Assembly (NCBI GenBank): GCA_963745075.1
Contig: CAVUWV010000011.1
Coordinates: forward strand, 125,298-189,297
Source of the DNA: Candidatus Hydrogenedentota bacterium
GTDB taxonomy: Bacteria; Hydrogenedentota; Hydrogenedentia; Hydrogenedentales; SLHB01
DNA length: 64,000 bases
Reading direction: 5' to 3'
In this document: positions 19,272 to 28,823 of the stretch, piece by piece
Layout of the letters: each line of letters starts with the position of its first letter
Numbering within the stretch: position 1 is the first letter of the stretch
Notes under the pieces: model-generated
Seen by the model: only the letters and a program-made list of their open reading frames with translations
What the model was told of the DNA's origin: nothing
The model's database searches: none
Program-made: the position numbers and the translations under genes

Positions 19272-20486
19272 TTACCGCGCCGGGTTTTCGTACCAGATGA
19301 CGCCGAGGTTTTCCCGCTCCTCACAGGTGAGCACATCAAGATCGCCGTCTTCATCCATATCGATCAAGACCACGAGATCAAACTTGGTGCCCACCACCCC
19401 GCTGATGGCATGGGCCTCGGTATACGCCGGACTGTCAATATCCTTCCCGGAGAGCCAGAACACGCCGTGGGCGTCTTTCGCGTTTTCGCACGACAGCACA
19501 AGATCGCGGGTGCCATCGCGATCGATATCACCGACGCTCACCGCCTTGCCCGTGCCCGTGTTCTCCGGAAACGGAATTCGAGATTCTGTCCAGTCCCGCG
19601 AATCCGGCCGATCCCGGTGCAGTTGCAGCAGGTACGTGTCTGAGACGGCCACGAGCACGGTCGTGATTGCGTTCGATTCCGATGCACCGGGAGTCAGGAA
19701 CATGACTTCACAGTCGCTCCCGCCGATACGGTGTCGTGGCCATTCCGTAGATGGTTTCTCCGGACGCTCGAGCCAGGCACATCCCCGATCGTCACCCCGT
19801 CGGTCGGAGATCAGGATGTCGCCGTCGCCGTCGCCGTCCATGTCAACCGGTACCAACGACATGATCCAACCCGCCTCAAACAAGGGGTGCCAGTTCCACG
19901 CGGCGAGGTCACGAGGATTCTGCGGCGATTCAAACCAGCCGACAGCGGCATCCGCGTTCTTGGAACCCACCACGAGATCGGTCCCACGCACGCCGTCAAA
20001 TTGCGTTGGAAGACAAAACATCCATTGCCGTTGGTCCAGACTCGCCGGCAGCGCTTCGGTCCGCCATGCCGCCGCATCACGATACGTTACCGGATCGGAC
20101 GGCGCCCAGTGCACGAACATGGTCCGCGTATCTCCTTCACAACTGCTCACGACGTCCATCGCGCCGTCGCCATCGAGGTCGACGAACACGGCATCTTCCG
20201 GGTTCTTCACGGAACCGACGGTGATTTCGGGCCAGGGATCCTTCACGTGCTCGGGGCCCGGATTGAGATACACGCGAATGCTGCCGCCTTCCTCCCACCC
20301 CGTCGTGATATCCAGATAGCCATCACCGTTCACATCGGCGAGGCGTGTGCCGTCTGCCCCTTGGGAGGTCGCATCGACCGCGTGGCGCGGCCACGGGGTA
20401 CCGGCGATGGTTGCGGCATGCGAAACCGCCGCAAGTACGACTCCAGGCGCGAGCGCGGTAAGTTTGCTGAGTTTCAGTCGTAACAT
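19272..20486 (-). CDS. Secreted FG-GAP/VCBS repeat protein
   Basis: Repeated DxDGDGxxD motifs (DVNGDGYLD, DLDGDGAMD, DMDGDGDGD, DIDRDGTRD, DMDEDGDLD) and a C-terminal WYENP. Confidence 0.9.
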   Translation of the reverse strand: MLRLKLSKLTALAPGVVLAAVSHAATIAGTPWPRHAVDATSQGADGTRLADVNGDGYLDITTGWEEGGSIRVYLNPGPEHVKDPWPEITVGSVKNPEDAVFVDLDGDGAMDVVSSCEGDTRTMFVHWAPSDPVTYRDAAAWRTEALPASLDQRQWMFCLPTQFDGVRGTDLVVGSKNADAAVGWFESPQNPRDLAAWNWHPLFEAGWIMSLVPVDMDGDGDGDILISDRRGDDRGCAWLERPEKPSTEWPRHRIGGSDCEVMFLTPGASESNAITTVLVAVSDTYLLQLHRDRPDSRDWTESRIPFPENTGTGKAVSVGDIDRDGTRDLVLSCENAKDAHGVFWLSGKDIDSPAYTEAHAISGVVGTKFDLVVLIDMDEDGDLDVLTCEERENLGVIWYENPAR

Positions 20487-20608
20487 GGTGAACCTACGAT
20501 AGCATCTTTCGGCGCGTAGCTTGAAGGAACGAGATGAAGCTCCTAGACTCTCCGTACCGCGAGTACATGAAACGCTGAACGGTGGGGACGGGCGAGAGGG
20601 AAACGTTC

Positions 20609-22097
20609 ATGGACACTCCAGTAGATACCGGTATCGCAACTTACGACATTATCGTGGTCGGCGCGGGCGGAAGCGGGCTCGCGGCGGCGGCCAGCGCGGC
20701 GGAACTCGGCGCCGAGGTGCTGGTACTGGAAAAGCAGTCGGAGCCCGGCGGCAGCACGGCGCTGGCAGTCGGTTCGTTTACCGCCAGCCAGACGCCCATC
20801 CAGGAGTCTGCGGGTGTAACCGACCGGATTGCCGATCATCTGGAAGACATCACCAAGTTTGCGCCCAAGGAATTGGAGTCCCGGAACAACGGCGAACTCC
20901 GCACGATGCTCGTCCGGGAAGCGCCTGCCACCCTCGAATGGCTGTTGGGTCTCGGACTGACCTTTCACGGTCCCACGCCGGAGCCACCCAACCGGGCCCC
21001 GCGCATGCACAACGTGGTGCCGGGTGCGCGGGCGTACGTGCTCACCCTGCAGCGCCATCTGCTCAAGCACGGGGGGCGTATTCTCTTCGAGTCACCCGTC
21101 ACGAAGTTGTTGCAGGAGGAGGACCGGGTCATCGGCGTGGAATGCAATGGTGTTGCCTATCGCTCGCGCCACGGTGTCATATTGGCCGCGGGCGACTATG
21201 CCAGCGCGCCGGAGCTGTTGTCGAAGTACAAGGGTGAGGAATACGCCGCCGTCGAAGGAGTCTGCAAATCCTCTCATGGAGATGGCCACCGCCTCGCGGA
21301 ATCGGTGGGCGCCGAACTCATCAACATGGACGTAACCTACGGACCCGAACTGCGATTCGTTCCGCCCGAGAAACTCAGCCTGCTGCGACGCCTTCCGGCG
21401 GAAGGCCCCGTGCGCCGCGCCATCAGTTTGGTGATGCCGTTGACGCCCAAGGTCGTTATGGATGCCGTCATCAAACGCGAACTGGTCACGTGGCAACACC
21501 CGGAAGACGCGCTATTCGCCAGCGGCGCCATTTTGGTGAATCGCGACGGGGAGCGGTTCTGCGACGAAGCCGTCTCGCCGGAACGCGAGATTGCCGTGTC
21601 GAATCAGCCCGGCAAGATCGCGTACCTGTTGCTCGACCGGCGGCTCTGCGAGGAATACAGCGCGTGGCCCCACTACATTTCGACCGCTCCGGAAATAGCC
21701 TACGCCTACGTCGAGGATTACCTCCGGTTGCGTCCGGATATTGCGGTAAAGGGCGCAACCCTGCGCGAGGTGGCCGGAGGCGCGGGGAATCCCGCCTGCG
21801 ACCCTCGAACAAACCGTGAACGAATTCAACGAAACTGCCGACGCTCCATTGACCGAGGGACCCTGGGTATTGCTGGGTCCGGCGAAAGCCTATTTCACGA
21901 TTACGGAAGGGAGTCCGGCCGTGAACCGGAACTTGCAGGTGCTGGATGACGTGGGTCATCCCATCCCGGGCCTTTATGCCGTCGGCCAGAATGGAATCGG
22001 CGGGCAAATACTTTGGGGACACGGCCTGCACATCGCCTGGGCCATGACCAGCGGGCGCCTCGTCGGAACGGCACTCGCACGTGCGAGGTATGTATGA
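20609..22097 (+). CDS. FAD-dependent oxidoreductase of the fumarate reductase/flavocytochrome c flavoprotein superfamily, frameshifted near 21776
   Basis: YDIIVVGAGGSG, LEK...GGSTA, VILAAG, AILVNRDGERFCDE. The C-terminal frame (21816-22097) carries PIPGLYAVG and AWAMTSGR. Confidence 0.85.
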
Positions 22098-23788
22098 GCG
22101 ATCACCTGACCCGACGCGTATTTCTAAAGCAGACTGGGCTTTCCGCCGCCGCGATGGCAGGTGCGGCTGCGGCACGTGCGCAACCGACCGAGGGGGGAGT
22201 TATGTCTGTCGAGCAACATCGGGTCATTGAGATTCAATGGGAGTCGATGGTTCATTATCCGGACGCGTACAACGACGTGGACGTAGACGTCGTCTGCACG
22301 CGGCCGGACGGTTCCACTTTCGCCGCGCCGGCGTTTTGGGACGGCGGTACGACCTGGAAGTTTCGTTTCGCGGGCGGCCAGCCGGGCGAGTACAAGATCG
22401 AGTCCCGCTCCAACCGGGTCGACGACGCCGGGCTTAACGCGCAACGAGCGATCGTACACGTCGCGCCCGCCGTCGGAGACAATCCCCTCTTTCGCTATGG
22501 CCGGTTGCGCGTTGCCCAGGAGAAGCGACATTTCGAACACACGGATGGTACACCCTTTCTCTGGATCGGCGACACCTGGTGGATGGGCCTGACGCCACGG
22601 CTCGATTGGCCGGATGGATTTCAATGGCTTGCCAAGGACCGCGTCGAAAAGGGTTTCAATGTCATCCAGATCATCGCCGGCCCCTATCCCGACATGGACG
22701 CCTGGGACCCGCGCGGCAAGAATGAAGCCGGCTTCCCCTTCGAGGAAGGGTTCGCGCGCATCAATCCCGAGTACTACCAATACGCCGATCGCAAACTGCA
22801 ATACCTCGTCGAGTCCGGCCTCATGCCGTGCATCGTCGGCATGTGGGGGTACTACCTACCGCAACTCGGCGTGGACAAAGTTAAACGATTCTGGCGCTAT
22901 CTCGTCGCGCGGTACGGGGCCTATCCTGTCGCATGGTGCCTGTGCGGCGAGGGAACCATGCCCTATTACTTGAGTAAGAACCGCGACGTAGACGCCGCGG
23001 CGCAAAAGGCGGGTTGGACCGAGGTCATGGCCTACGTGCGCCAGATTGACGGGTATCACAATCCCATCAGCATTCATCCCACGCACTACGGCCGCGAGCA
23101 GGTGGAAGACCCGAGTCTCATGGATTTCGAGATGCTCCAGACCGGTCACGGCGACATCGATAGCGTGCCCAACGTGATCAAATCGGTTCGTCAGTCGGTC
23201 ACTGCCGAGCCGGTCATGCCCGTCGTGAATTCCGAAGTGAACTACGAGGGCATCATGGGCCGGAGCTGGCAGAACATCCAGCGCCTCGATTTCTATCACA
23301 CCATGATGAACGGCGCGGCGGGCTTCACCTACGGCGCAAACGGCATCTGGCAACTCAATACGGAGGACCAGCCCTACGGTCCCTCACCCCACGGCCGGTC
23401 CTGGGGCAGCACGCCCTGGCGGGAAGCGGCTCAACTGCCCGGTTCGCGTCAAGTCGGCCTCGGCGGCCAGTTCTTCCGCCAGTTCCCGTGGTGGGAACTC
23501 GAGCATCACCCGGAGTGGATCGACGAGTCCAAGAAGGAAAACGATGCCTACGGTCCCATCGCCGTGGGGATCCCGGGCAAACTGCGAATCGTGTATTCGC
23601 CCCATTGTTGGAACCCACCCACCGTACATGCGTTGGAGCCGGATGTAACCTACACCGCGTCTTGGTTCGATCCCGTTACCGGAAAGGAAACATCGATAGG
23701 ACCTGTCGAGCCGGACGGCACCAATTCATGGACGCCTCCGTTCCCGTCTGAGGTCCACGATTGGCTCCTGGTGCTCCGCCCACAGTAG
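22094..23788 (+). CDS. Tat-exported DUF5060/DUF4038 (apiosidase-like) glycoside hydrolase
   Basis: TRRVFLK Tat motif; FWDGGTTWKFRF, DGTPFLWIGDTWW, KGFNVIQ, RYLVARY, MLQTGH, TYGANGIW, WFDP.TG. Confidence 0.85.
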   Translation: MSDHLTRRVFLKQTGLSAAAMAGAAAARAQPTEGGVMSVEQHRVIEIQWESMVHYPDAYNDVDVDVVCTRPDGSTFAAPAFWDGGTTWKFRFAGGQPGEYKIESRSNRVDDAGLNAQRAIVHVAPAVGDNPLFRYGRLRVAQEKRHFEHTDGTPFLWIGDTWWMGLTPRLDWPDGFQWLAKDRVEKGFNVIQIIAGPYPDMDAWDPRGKNEAGFPFEEGFARINPEYYQYADRKLQYLVESGLMPCIVGMWGYYLPQLGVDKVKRFWRYLVARYGAYPVAWCLCGEGTMPYYLSKNRDVDAAAQKAGWTEVMAYVRQIDGYHNPISIHPTHYGREQVEDPSLMDFEMLQTGHGDIDSVPNVIKSVRQSVTAEPVMPVVNSEVNYEGIMGRSWQNIQRLDFYHTMMNGAAGFTYGANGIWQLNTEDQPYGPSPHGRSWGSTPWREAAQLPGSRQVGLGGQFFRQFPWWELEHHPEWIDESKKENDAYGPIAVGIPGKLRIVYSPHCWNPPTVHALEPDVTYTASWFDPVTGKETSIGPVEPDGTNSWTPPFPSEVHDWLLVLRPQ

Positions 23789-23940
23789 CTCGTGGTGAAG
23801 ATGGGTTGTGATAAACGACGTTGATCCGTACTATGTCACCCATAATTTGGCATCCATCGAGGAATGTGGGGATGGGCTTTCTGCGTCAACTTCGTTTCCT
23901 GTCGAGTTGAGCCCAGTTCGAGAATGGGGAGGAGACAGAA

Positions 23941-24936
23941 ATGGCGTTTCCACAACGTGTCATTTTCTTCGGGATTCTGGTATGTGTCATTCCTGTGCCG
24001 ATAGTCTCTGCGGCGCCGATTACTTCAGGGAACATCCTCATCAGCACTTCCAAAGTGTTATACGAATACACGCCCGCGGGGGTATTTGTGCAGTCCTTTC
24101 CAATCCCGTACCCAACCGGCCCCTACCCCCCTACGGAATATGCACGGGATATTGCGGTCAGAACGGGAGACCCCGGCGTCCACGTTTACAACGGAACGTT
24201 TGATCCTTATCTCAGCACATTGGATACGACCACCTCGATGTGGAGTCATGAGACCTTTGCGGGTTGGAGCACTGTGAACAATGGATCGTACGGTGGAATC
24301 GCTGTTGGTGGGGCGTATGTGTTTGTAACAGATATGGATACGGTCGGTGCTGCCGAGAAGGGCGTGCTTCGGTTCGATTCCGGTGGCAGCACGATCCGTT
24401 TCGCGACCGGTGTTGATCCAATCGATCTTAATATGGGCCTCAACGGATTGTTGTATGTACTGGATGGGCGATACATCTACGTGTACGATCCGGAGACCTT
24501 CGTGTTGCTACAAACGATAGACTTGTTCACGAAGATCATGCCCGCGGACTACCGTTCGATCGCGGCCAACCGTTCCGGCCAAATCTTTGTTGCCGACTGG
24601 GATGGAAATGTTTATAAGACAGACTTTTTGGGGAATTCGATCGCGTCCATCAATTTGACAGGTGTTGCAACGAGCAACGACCTAATCGATATTGACATAT
24701 CCGGCTCGAGAGTCGTCGTTGTCGGCGACAGGGGCGGCGGTGTGACGGTGATGGACGAGAGTTTCAGTGCTCCGACCTCGTTTTCTGTGGGTTCTTTGGG
24801 AATCTTCGTTGCCATGGACGCGAATCCTCCCATCGGCGTACCCATTTCGCCGTTTGCGGTTGGGATCTTGGCCCTGTTCTTGCCGGTCGCCGGATACGTT
24901 GTGCTACGTCGAATGGAACGTGACCGCGTTTACTGA
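23941..24936 (+). CDS. Secreted beta-propeller-like protein with C-terminal membrane sorting signal
   Basis: Signal peptide, NHL-like repeats (GLLYVLD, GQIFVAD) and a C-terminal VP + TM helix + RR tail. Confidence 0.7.
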   Translation: MAFPQRVIFFGILVCVIPVPIVSAAPITSGNILISTSKVLYEYTPAGVFVQSFPIPYPTGPYPPTEYARDIAVRTGDPGVHVYNGTFDPYLSTLDTTTSMWSHETFAGWSTVNNGSYGGIAVGGAYVFVTDMDTVGAAEKGVLRFDSGGSTIRFATGVDPIDLNMGLNGLLYVLDGRYIYVYDPETFVLLQTIDLFTKIMPADYRSIAANRSGQIFVADWDGNVYKTDFLGNSIASINLTGVATSNDLIDIDISGSRVVVVGDRGGGVTVMDESFSAPTSFSVGSLGIFVAMDANPPIGVPISPFAVGILALFLPVAGYVVLRRMERDRVY

Positions 24937-25781
24937 AACACGATGGTTCGTTGCGCGTCGCGGATGACGCGGTGGTCCAGGTAAGCGTGGATCGCGTTGG
25001 CGAGGGCGAGCTTCTCGAGGTTGCGGCCTTTGCGTTTCAGGTCGTCAACCGTATCCTTGTAATACACGCGTTCGACCATCTGCTCGATGATAGGGCCTTC
25101 GTCCAGGGCCGGCGTCACGTAGTGGGCCGTGGCCCCGATGATCTTCACACCGCGGTCGTAAGCTTGCCGGTACGGGTCCGCCCCCTTGAACGACGGCAAA
25201 AAGCTGTGGTGGATGTTTAGAATATCCTTCTTGTACGCCGCGAGAAATCCGTCGGACACGATCCGCATGTAACGTGCGAATACCAGGAAATCGGTTGTGC
25301 CCTGAACGAGATCCAGGATCTCCTGCTCGGCCTTCAGCTTGGTCTCGGGTGTCACGGGAACGTGGTGATAAGGAATGCCGTATCGTTCGACCAATTCCCG
25401 GCAATCCTCATGGTTGCTGATAACCAGCGGGATCTCCACCTTGAACTCGCCGCTGCGATGCCGGTACAGCAAGTCGAACAGGCAATGGTCCTGCTTTGAC
25501 ACCAGGATCCCCATACGTGGCGTTTCCGTGGCGTAGTGGATAGACCACTTGGCCTCGAGTTCATCGGCAACCGCGACCCAGTCTTGCTCGAAGGATTCGC
25601 GGTTGACCTTGTCCTCCTCCAACGAAAACAACAGCCGCATAAAGAAGCGGCCGCCCTCGGGATCGGTCGTGTGCTGATCGGAGGTCAGAATGTTGCACTC
25701 ATGCCGGAAAACGAAGTCCGACACGCGCGCTACAATCCCCTTCTTATCCGGACACTGAATCAACAACACCGTTTGCGTCAT
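24930..25781 (-). CDS. purU: Formyltetrahydrofolate deformylase
   Basis: CPDKKGIVA ACT domain, VSKQDHCL, ARYM, NIHHSFLPSFKGA.PY.QAY.RGVKIIGATAHYVT..LDEGPIIEQ. Confidence 0.97.
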   Translation of the reverse strand: MTQTVLLIQCPDKKGIVARVSDFVFRHECNILTSDQHTTDPEGGRFFMRLLFSLEEDKVNRESFEQDWVAVADELEAKWSIHYATETPRMGILVSKQDHCLFDLLYRHRSGEFKVEIPLVISNHEDCRELVERYGIPYHHVPVTPETKLKAEQEILDLVQGTTDFLVFARYMRIVSDGFLAAYKKDILNIHHSFLPSFKGADPYRQAYDRGVKIIGATAHYVTPALDEGPIIEQMVERVYYKDTVDDLKRKGRNLEKLALANAIHAYLDHRVIRDAQRTIVFQ

Positions 25782-25808
25782 GACTCCCCCTCAATCGTCC
25801 TTTCTACT

Positions 25809-27475
25809 TCAATGTGGCCTGGCTCGGTGGAACGTTGCGGAAAAGTTCCGGTCTGCCTCCCGTCCGTAAGATTCCTCCATGGTCGGCAATGGCGGGAAGG
25901 CATCGACCGCCGCCATTCCAAAGTCCGGCGCCAGCGATTTCAGCATGGAATCCGTGTCGGACTTTGTCTGCGCGCTCTTAAAATTCTCACGATAAATCGT
26001 TGCCCGCCGGTACGATTCCTGGGATAAGTGCGTCGGATTGTCCATGTGACTGAACATCGTGCTTTCCAGCCGAATCGTTTCGGTGGTGTCGTCGTAATAC
26101 ACATCAAGAATCCGGCCTTCCTGCGGATAGTCGATGATAGCGTCGGTTTGGATCTCATAGTAGGGATACGCGCCATCCACCAGCGTGACGAAGTTCTGGT
26201 GGGTGTGGCCGCAGATATGGGCGATGATATTCGGCTGGCTCGCGATGTAGTCGCGCCATTCTTTAGTGCGGACCTGCGGTTCCGGATAGGGGAGATCGAA
26301 ATCCTCGGACGGATGATGGGACGCCAGGAGCACGAATTCATCGTGGGCCTGCGCGTCCGCGATCTCGACTTTCACAAAGTTCTCAAACTGTTCCCGCGTC
26401 ATCACGCCGTAGTGCGCCGGCAATCCGTACGGCGGCTTCGGAGCGGCCGTGTCCATGACGACCAAACGGACCGGTACGCCTGCTTTGGGTTTGACGGAAT
26501 ACCGCGGCAATCCGCTCGACAGGTTCTCGCTGGTGAATCCGTGACCGACCGGCATCGTCGTGGTATCGAAATGCTCCTCCATGAACGAGAGCCGGTCGGT
26601 GTACTGGCGGTTCACGTCCTGAACGATGCGGCCCGCCTCCAATTGCCCCAGGAGGAGTTGCAGGGTGTCCGGGTCGATGGGTTCCTCGCTGCCGCGAATG
26701 ATGGCCGGGCTGTACAGGCTGGTCGGTTCCAGGGCGTCGAGCAATGGATCGATAAGGTGCAGCCCCAGCACCGCCGCCACGGGCCGAAGCAATGGGGCAT
26801 TCCATGTTCCGGATCGGATGCGCTGCGGTCAACGCCAAACACGCCGACGGACAAATTGTCATGGTTCCCGTACACCGTATACCAGGGGATGCTGGGATCG
26901 AGCCCCTCGGCCTGAAACCCAAGCTTGGGATTGTCCTCCGGCGGCACGTCGCGAAGCTCGCCATCGGTGTCGCCCGAGTCGGGGACGATCCACTTGCCGT
27001 CCATGGTGTCGATAAACCAGCGGAGTTCGTTGTGTTGCGCGCTGTCCGTAAGGTCGCCGGTCACGATGACGAAATCGATGGAGTATGCAACGCCGTTCTT
27101 GTCCGAATTGCGATCGTTGATTACACGAATCGTAGCGTCCAGCGTTTGCGTCTCATAGGCCTCTTGCGGCCGCCAGGCGGAGTTCGTGAGCGCCGCCGCG
27201 CGCACCGCACGATTCGGGCTCTCGTCATCCACGATATGCACGTCGGAAATCTGCGCAATGCGCAGCCAGTGCACGCCGCCCGTGGCGGGCGCGATCGTGT
27301 CGCTGGCTTGCTGCGGGCAGCCCGTCAGCACCGCCAGGCAAATCGTCGCGACGAACCATCCCATTGCGGTCCCGCCACGTCTGAACTCGGATCGATTCTG
27401 CATGATTCCTGTCACCTCGTGTGGGTCCGTAGTATGATGAGCCATCAGTTTCGCGCCGTTCGCGTTCGGGAACAC
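25809..27475 (-). CDS. Lipoprotein metallophosphoesterase (TIGR03767-like), frameshifted near 26805; true start probably downstream of 27475
   Basis: LTGC lipobox; SDVH, TGDLTD and GNHD in the first frame; SHHP and CGHTH in the second frame. Confidence 0.8.
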
Positions 27476-27580
27476 GATTCCCCGCGGAACGGTTATCTAC
27501 AAACGTCCTGGGTGAAAGCATAACAGAATCCCTGCGGAAACCGGATTGTGCGGGCGCAGGGCCAACACGGAGGAGGGAAG

Positions 27581-27763
27581 ATGGTCAACGTTTCGTGGGA
27601 TGAGGATACCTGTTTTGAGAGCGGCGACTGCTGCAGCCTGCTTCCGAAGGTCTTCAAGTTCGAAGACGACAAGCTCGTAATCGACACCTCCGGCGCGTCC
27701 GAAGAAGCGATTCGCGACGCCGTGTCACGCTGTCCATCCGGCGCGCTGCAGATCGAAGAATAA
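27581..27763 (+). CDS. Small monocluster ferredoxin, probably [3Fe-4S]
   Basis: CFESGDC...CPSGAL (C-x2-S-x2-C...CP), RBS GGAGG. Confidence 0.85.
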   Translation: MVNVSWDEDTCFESGDCCSLLPKVFKFEDDKLVIDTSGASEEAIRDAVSRCPSGALQIEE

Positions 27764-27774
27764 CCCAATTGCGT

Positions 27775-27820
27775 GCTCCGTGGACGGGAGGCGTGCTCGC
27801 GTCCATCCCGTCCACGGAGT
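27775..27820. terminator. Hairpin between convergent genes (terminator or REP-like)
   Basis: CTCCGTGGACGGGA ... TCCCGTCCACGGAG, a perfect 14-bp inverted repeat without a U tract. Confidence 0.5.
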
Positions 27821-27838
27821 GGCAGGGGAGGGGAAAGG

Positions 27839-28564
27839 TCAGGTAACGACTGCTTTCTTCTTCACGATGACTGTGTAAACGCTCCCGGCGTTCGCCATCG
27901 TGAGGGAATCCGGATCGATGGGAGCGTTCAGCGAAAACGATCCTTTGAACGGCTGCTGCGTATCTGCATTCTTGGTTGCCCCCGACGTATTGCCTTCGAT
28001 CTGGATGGTCTGGTTCTTCGCCGCCGCCGTCAAACTGGACACGTTCACTTTCCCAAAATCCATCTCGAGCCGGTAACTGTCCGGAGTTTCCGAAATTGAC
28101 ACGTCCGGCACATGCACCGCTTCCGCGGTCCGCTCGGCGGGCGGCTGTTTCCCAGCCGGTGCGCTTGGCTGTTGCGGGGCCGGCGTGACGCCCGAAGCCG
28201 AATCATAGGTTCCCGACAATTGCCGCACCATGTCGAGCAATTGCTGGACGGTGCCGCTCGAATCCGGGCCAAGCAGGCCCTGCAAATTCTTCAGGGACCG
28301 ATCGAGATCCGGGGCCGGGGCGGCGGGCGTGCTCTCATCCGGGCCGTGGTTGCTCGGCGTCTGAGCTTGCGGCAATGCCGCGTTCACGTCCAGGAGCGCG
28401 TTCAGCTCGGGAGAATTGGCGAGTTCGCCGTAGACTCCATTCAAGGCGGTCACCACGTTCCGTTGGAGATAGAACAGGTATGCCGCCTGGCCCACGACGA
28501 CCGCCAACGCGACGATCACCAGGACCGCCAACCACGGGCGGCCTTTTCGCTTTTCATCGGACAT
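27839..28564 (-). CDS. Membrane-anchored protein with weak Hsp20/alpha-crystallin-like C-terminus
   Basis: N-terminal TM, Pro-rich linker, then PDVSISETPDSYRLEMD...IQIEG...FKGSFSL.APID...VYTVIVKK. Confidence 0.6.
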   Translation of the reverse strand: MSDEKRKGRPWLAVLVIVALAVVVGQAAYLFYLQRNVVTALNGVYGELANSPELNALLDVNAALPQAQTPSNHGPDESTPAAPAPDLDRSLKNLQGLLGPDSSGTVQQLLDMVRQLSGTYDSASGVTPAPQQPSAPAGKQPPAERTAEAVHVPDVSISETPDSYRLEMDFGKVNVSSLTAAAKNQTIQIEGNTSGATKNADTQQPFKGSFSLNAPIDPDSLTMANAGSVYTVIVKKKAVVT

Positions 28565-28823
28565 ACGTACTTCCTTTCCACGCGAGATCATTGCGCAATA
28601 GTAAGGAGCAAGAGCCGGGCCAACTTTGTCCAATACGACAGGTCGGGCGTAATCGGCTTGTCAGTATAGAGTTATCGTGCGCCGGTTTCTTCGAGGATTC
28701 CACACCGAAATTCCCGAATTCCGGTTATGGCCGGGAGGGAGGCCCGATTTGAGGCGTCACAAGATTTGGCGATAGAGCGCTCAGTGCGTCATCATTCCCG
28801 CCGGTTACAACGGGAGAAGCAGC

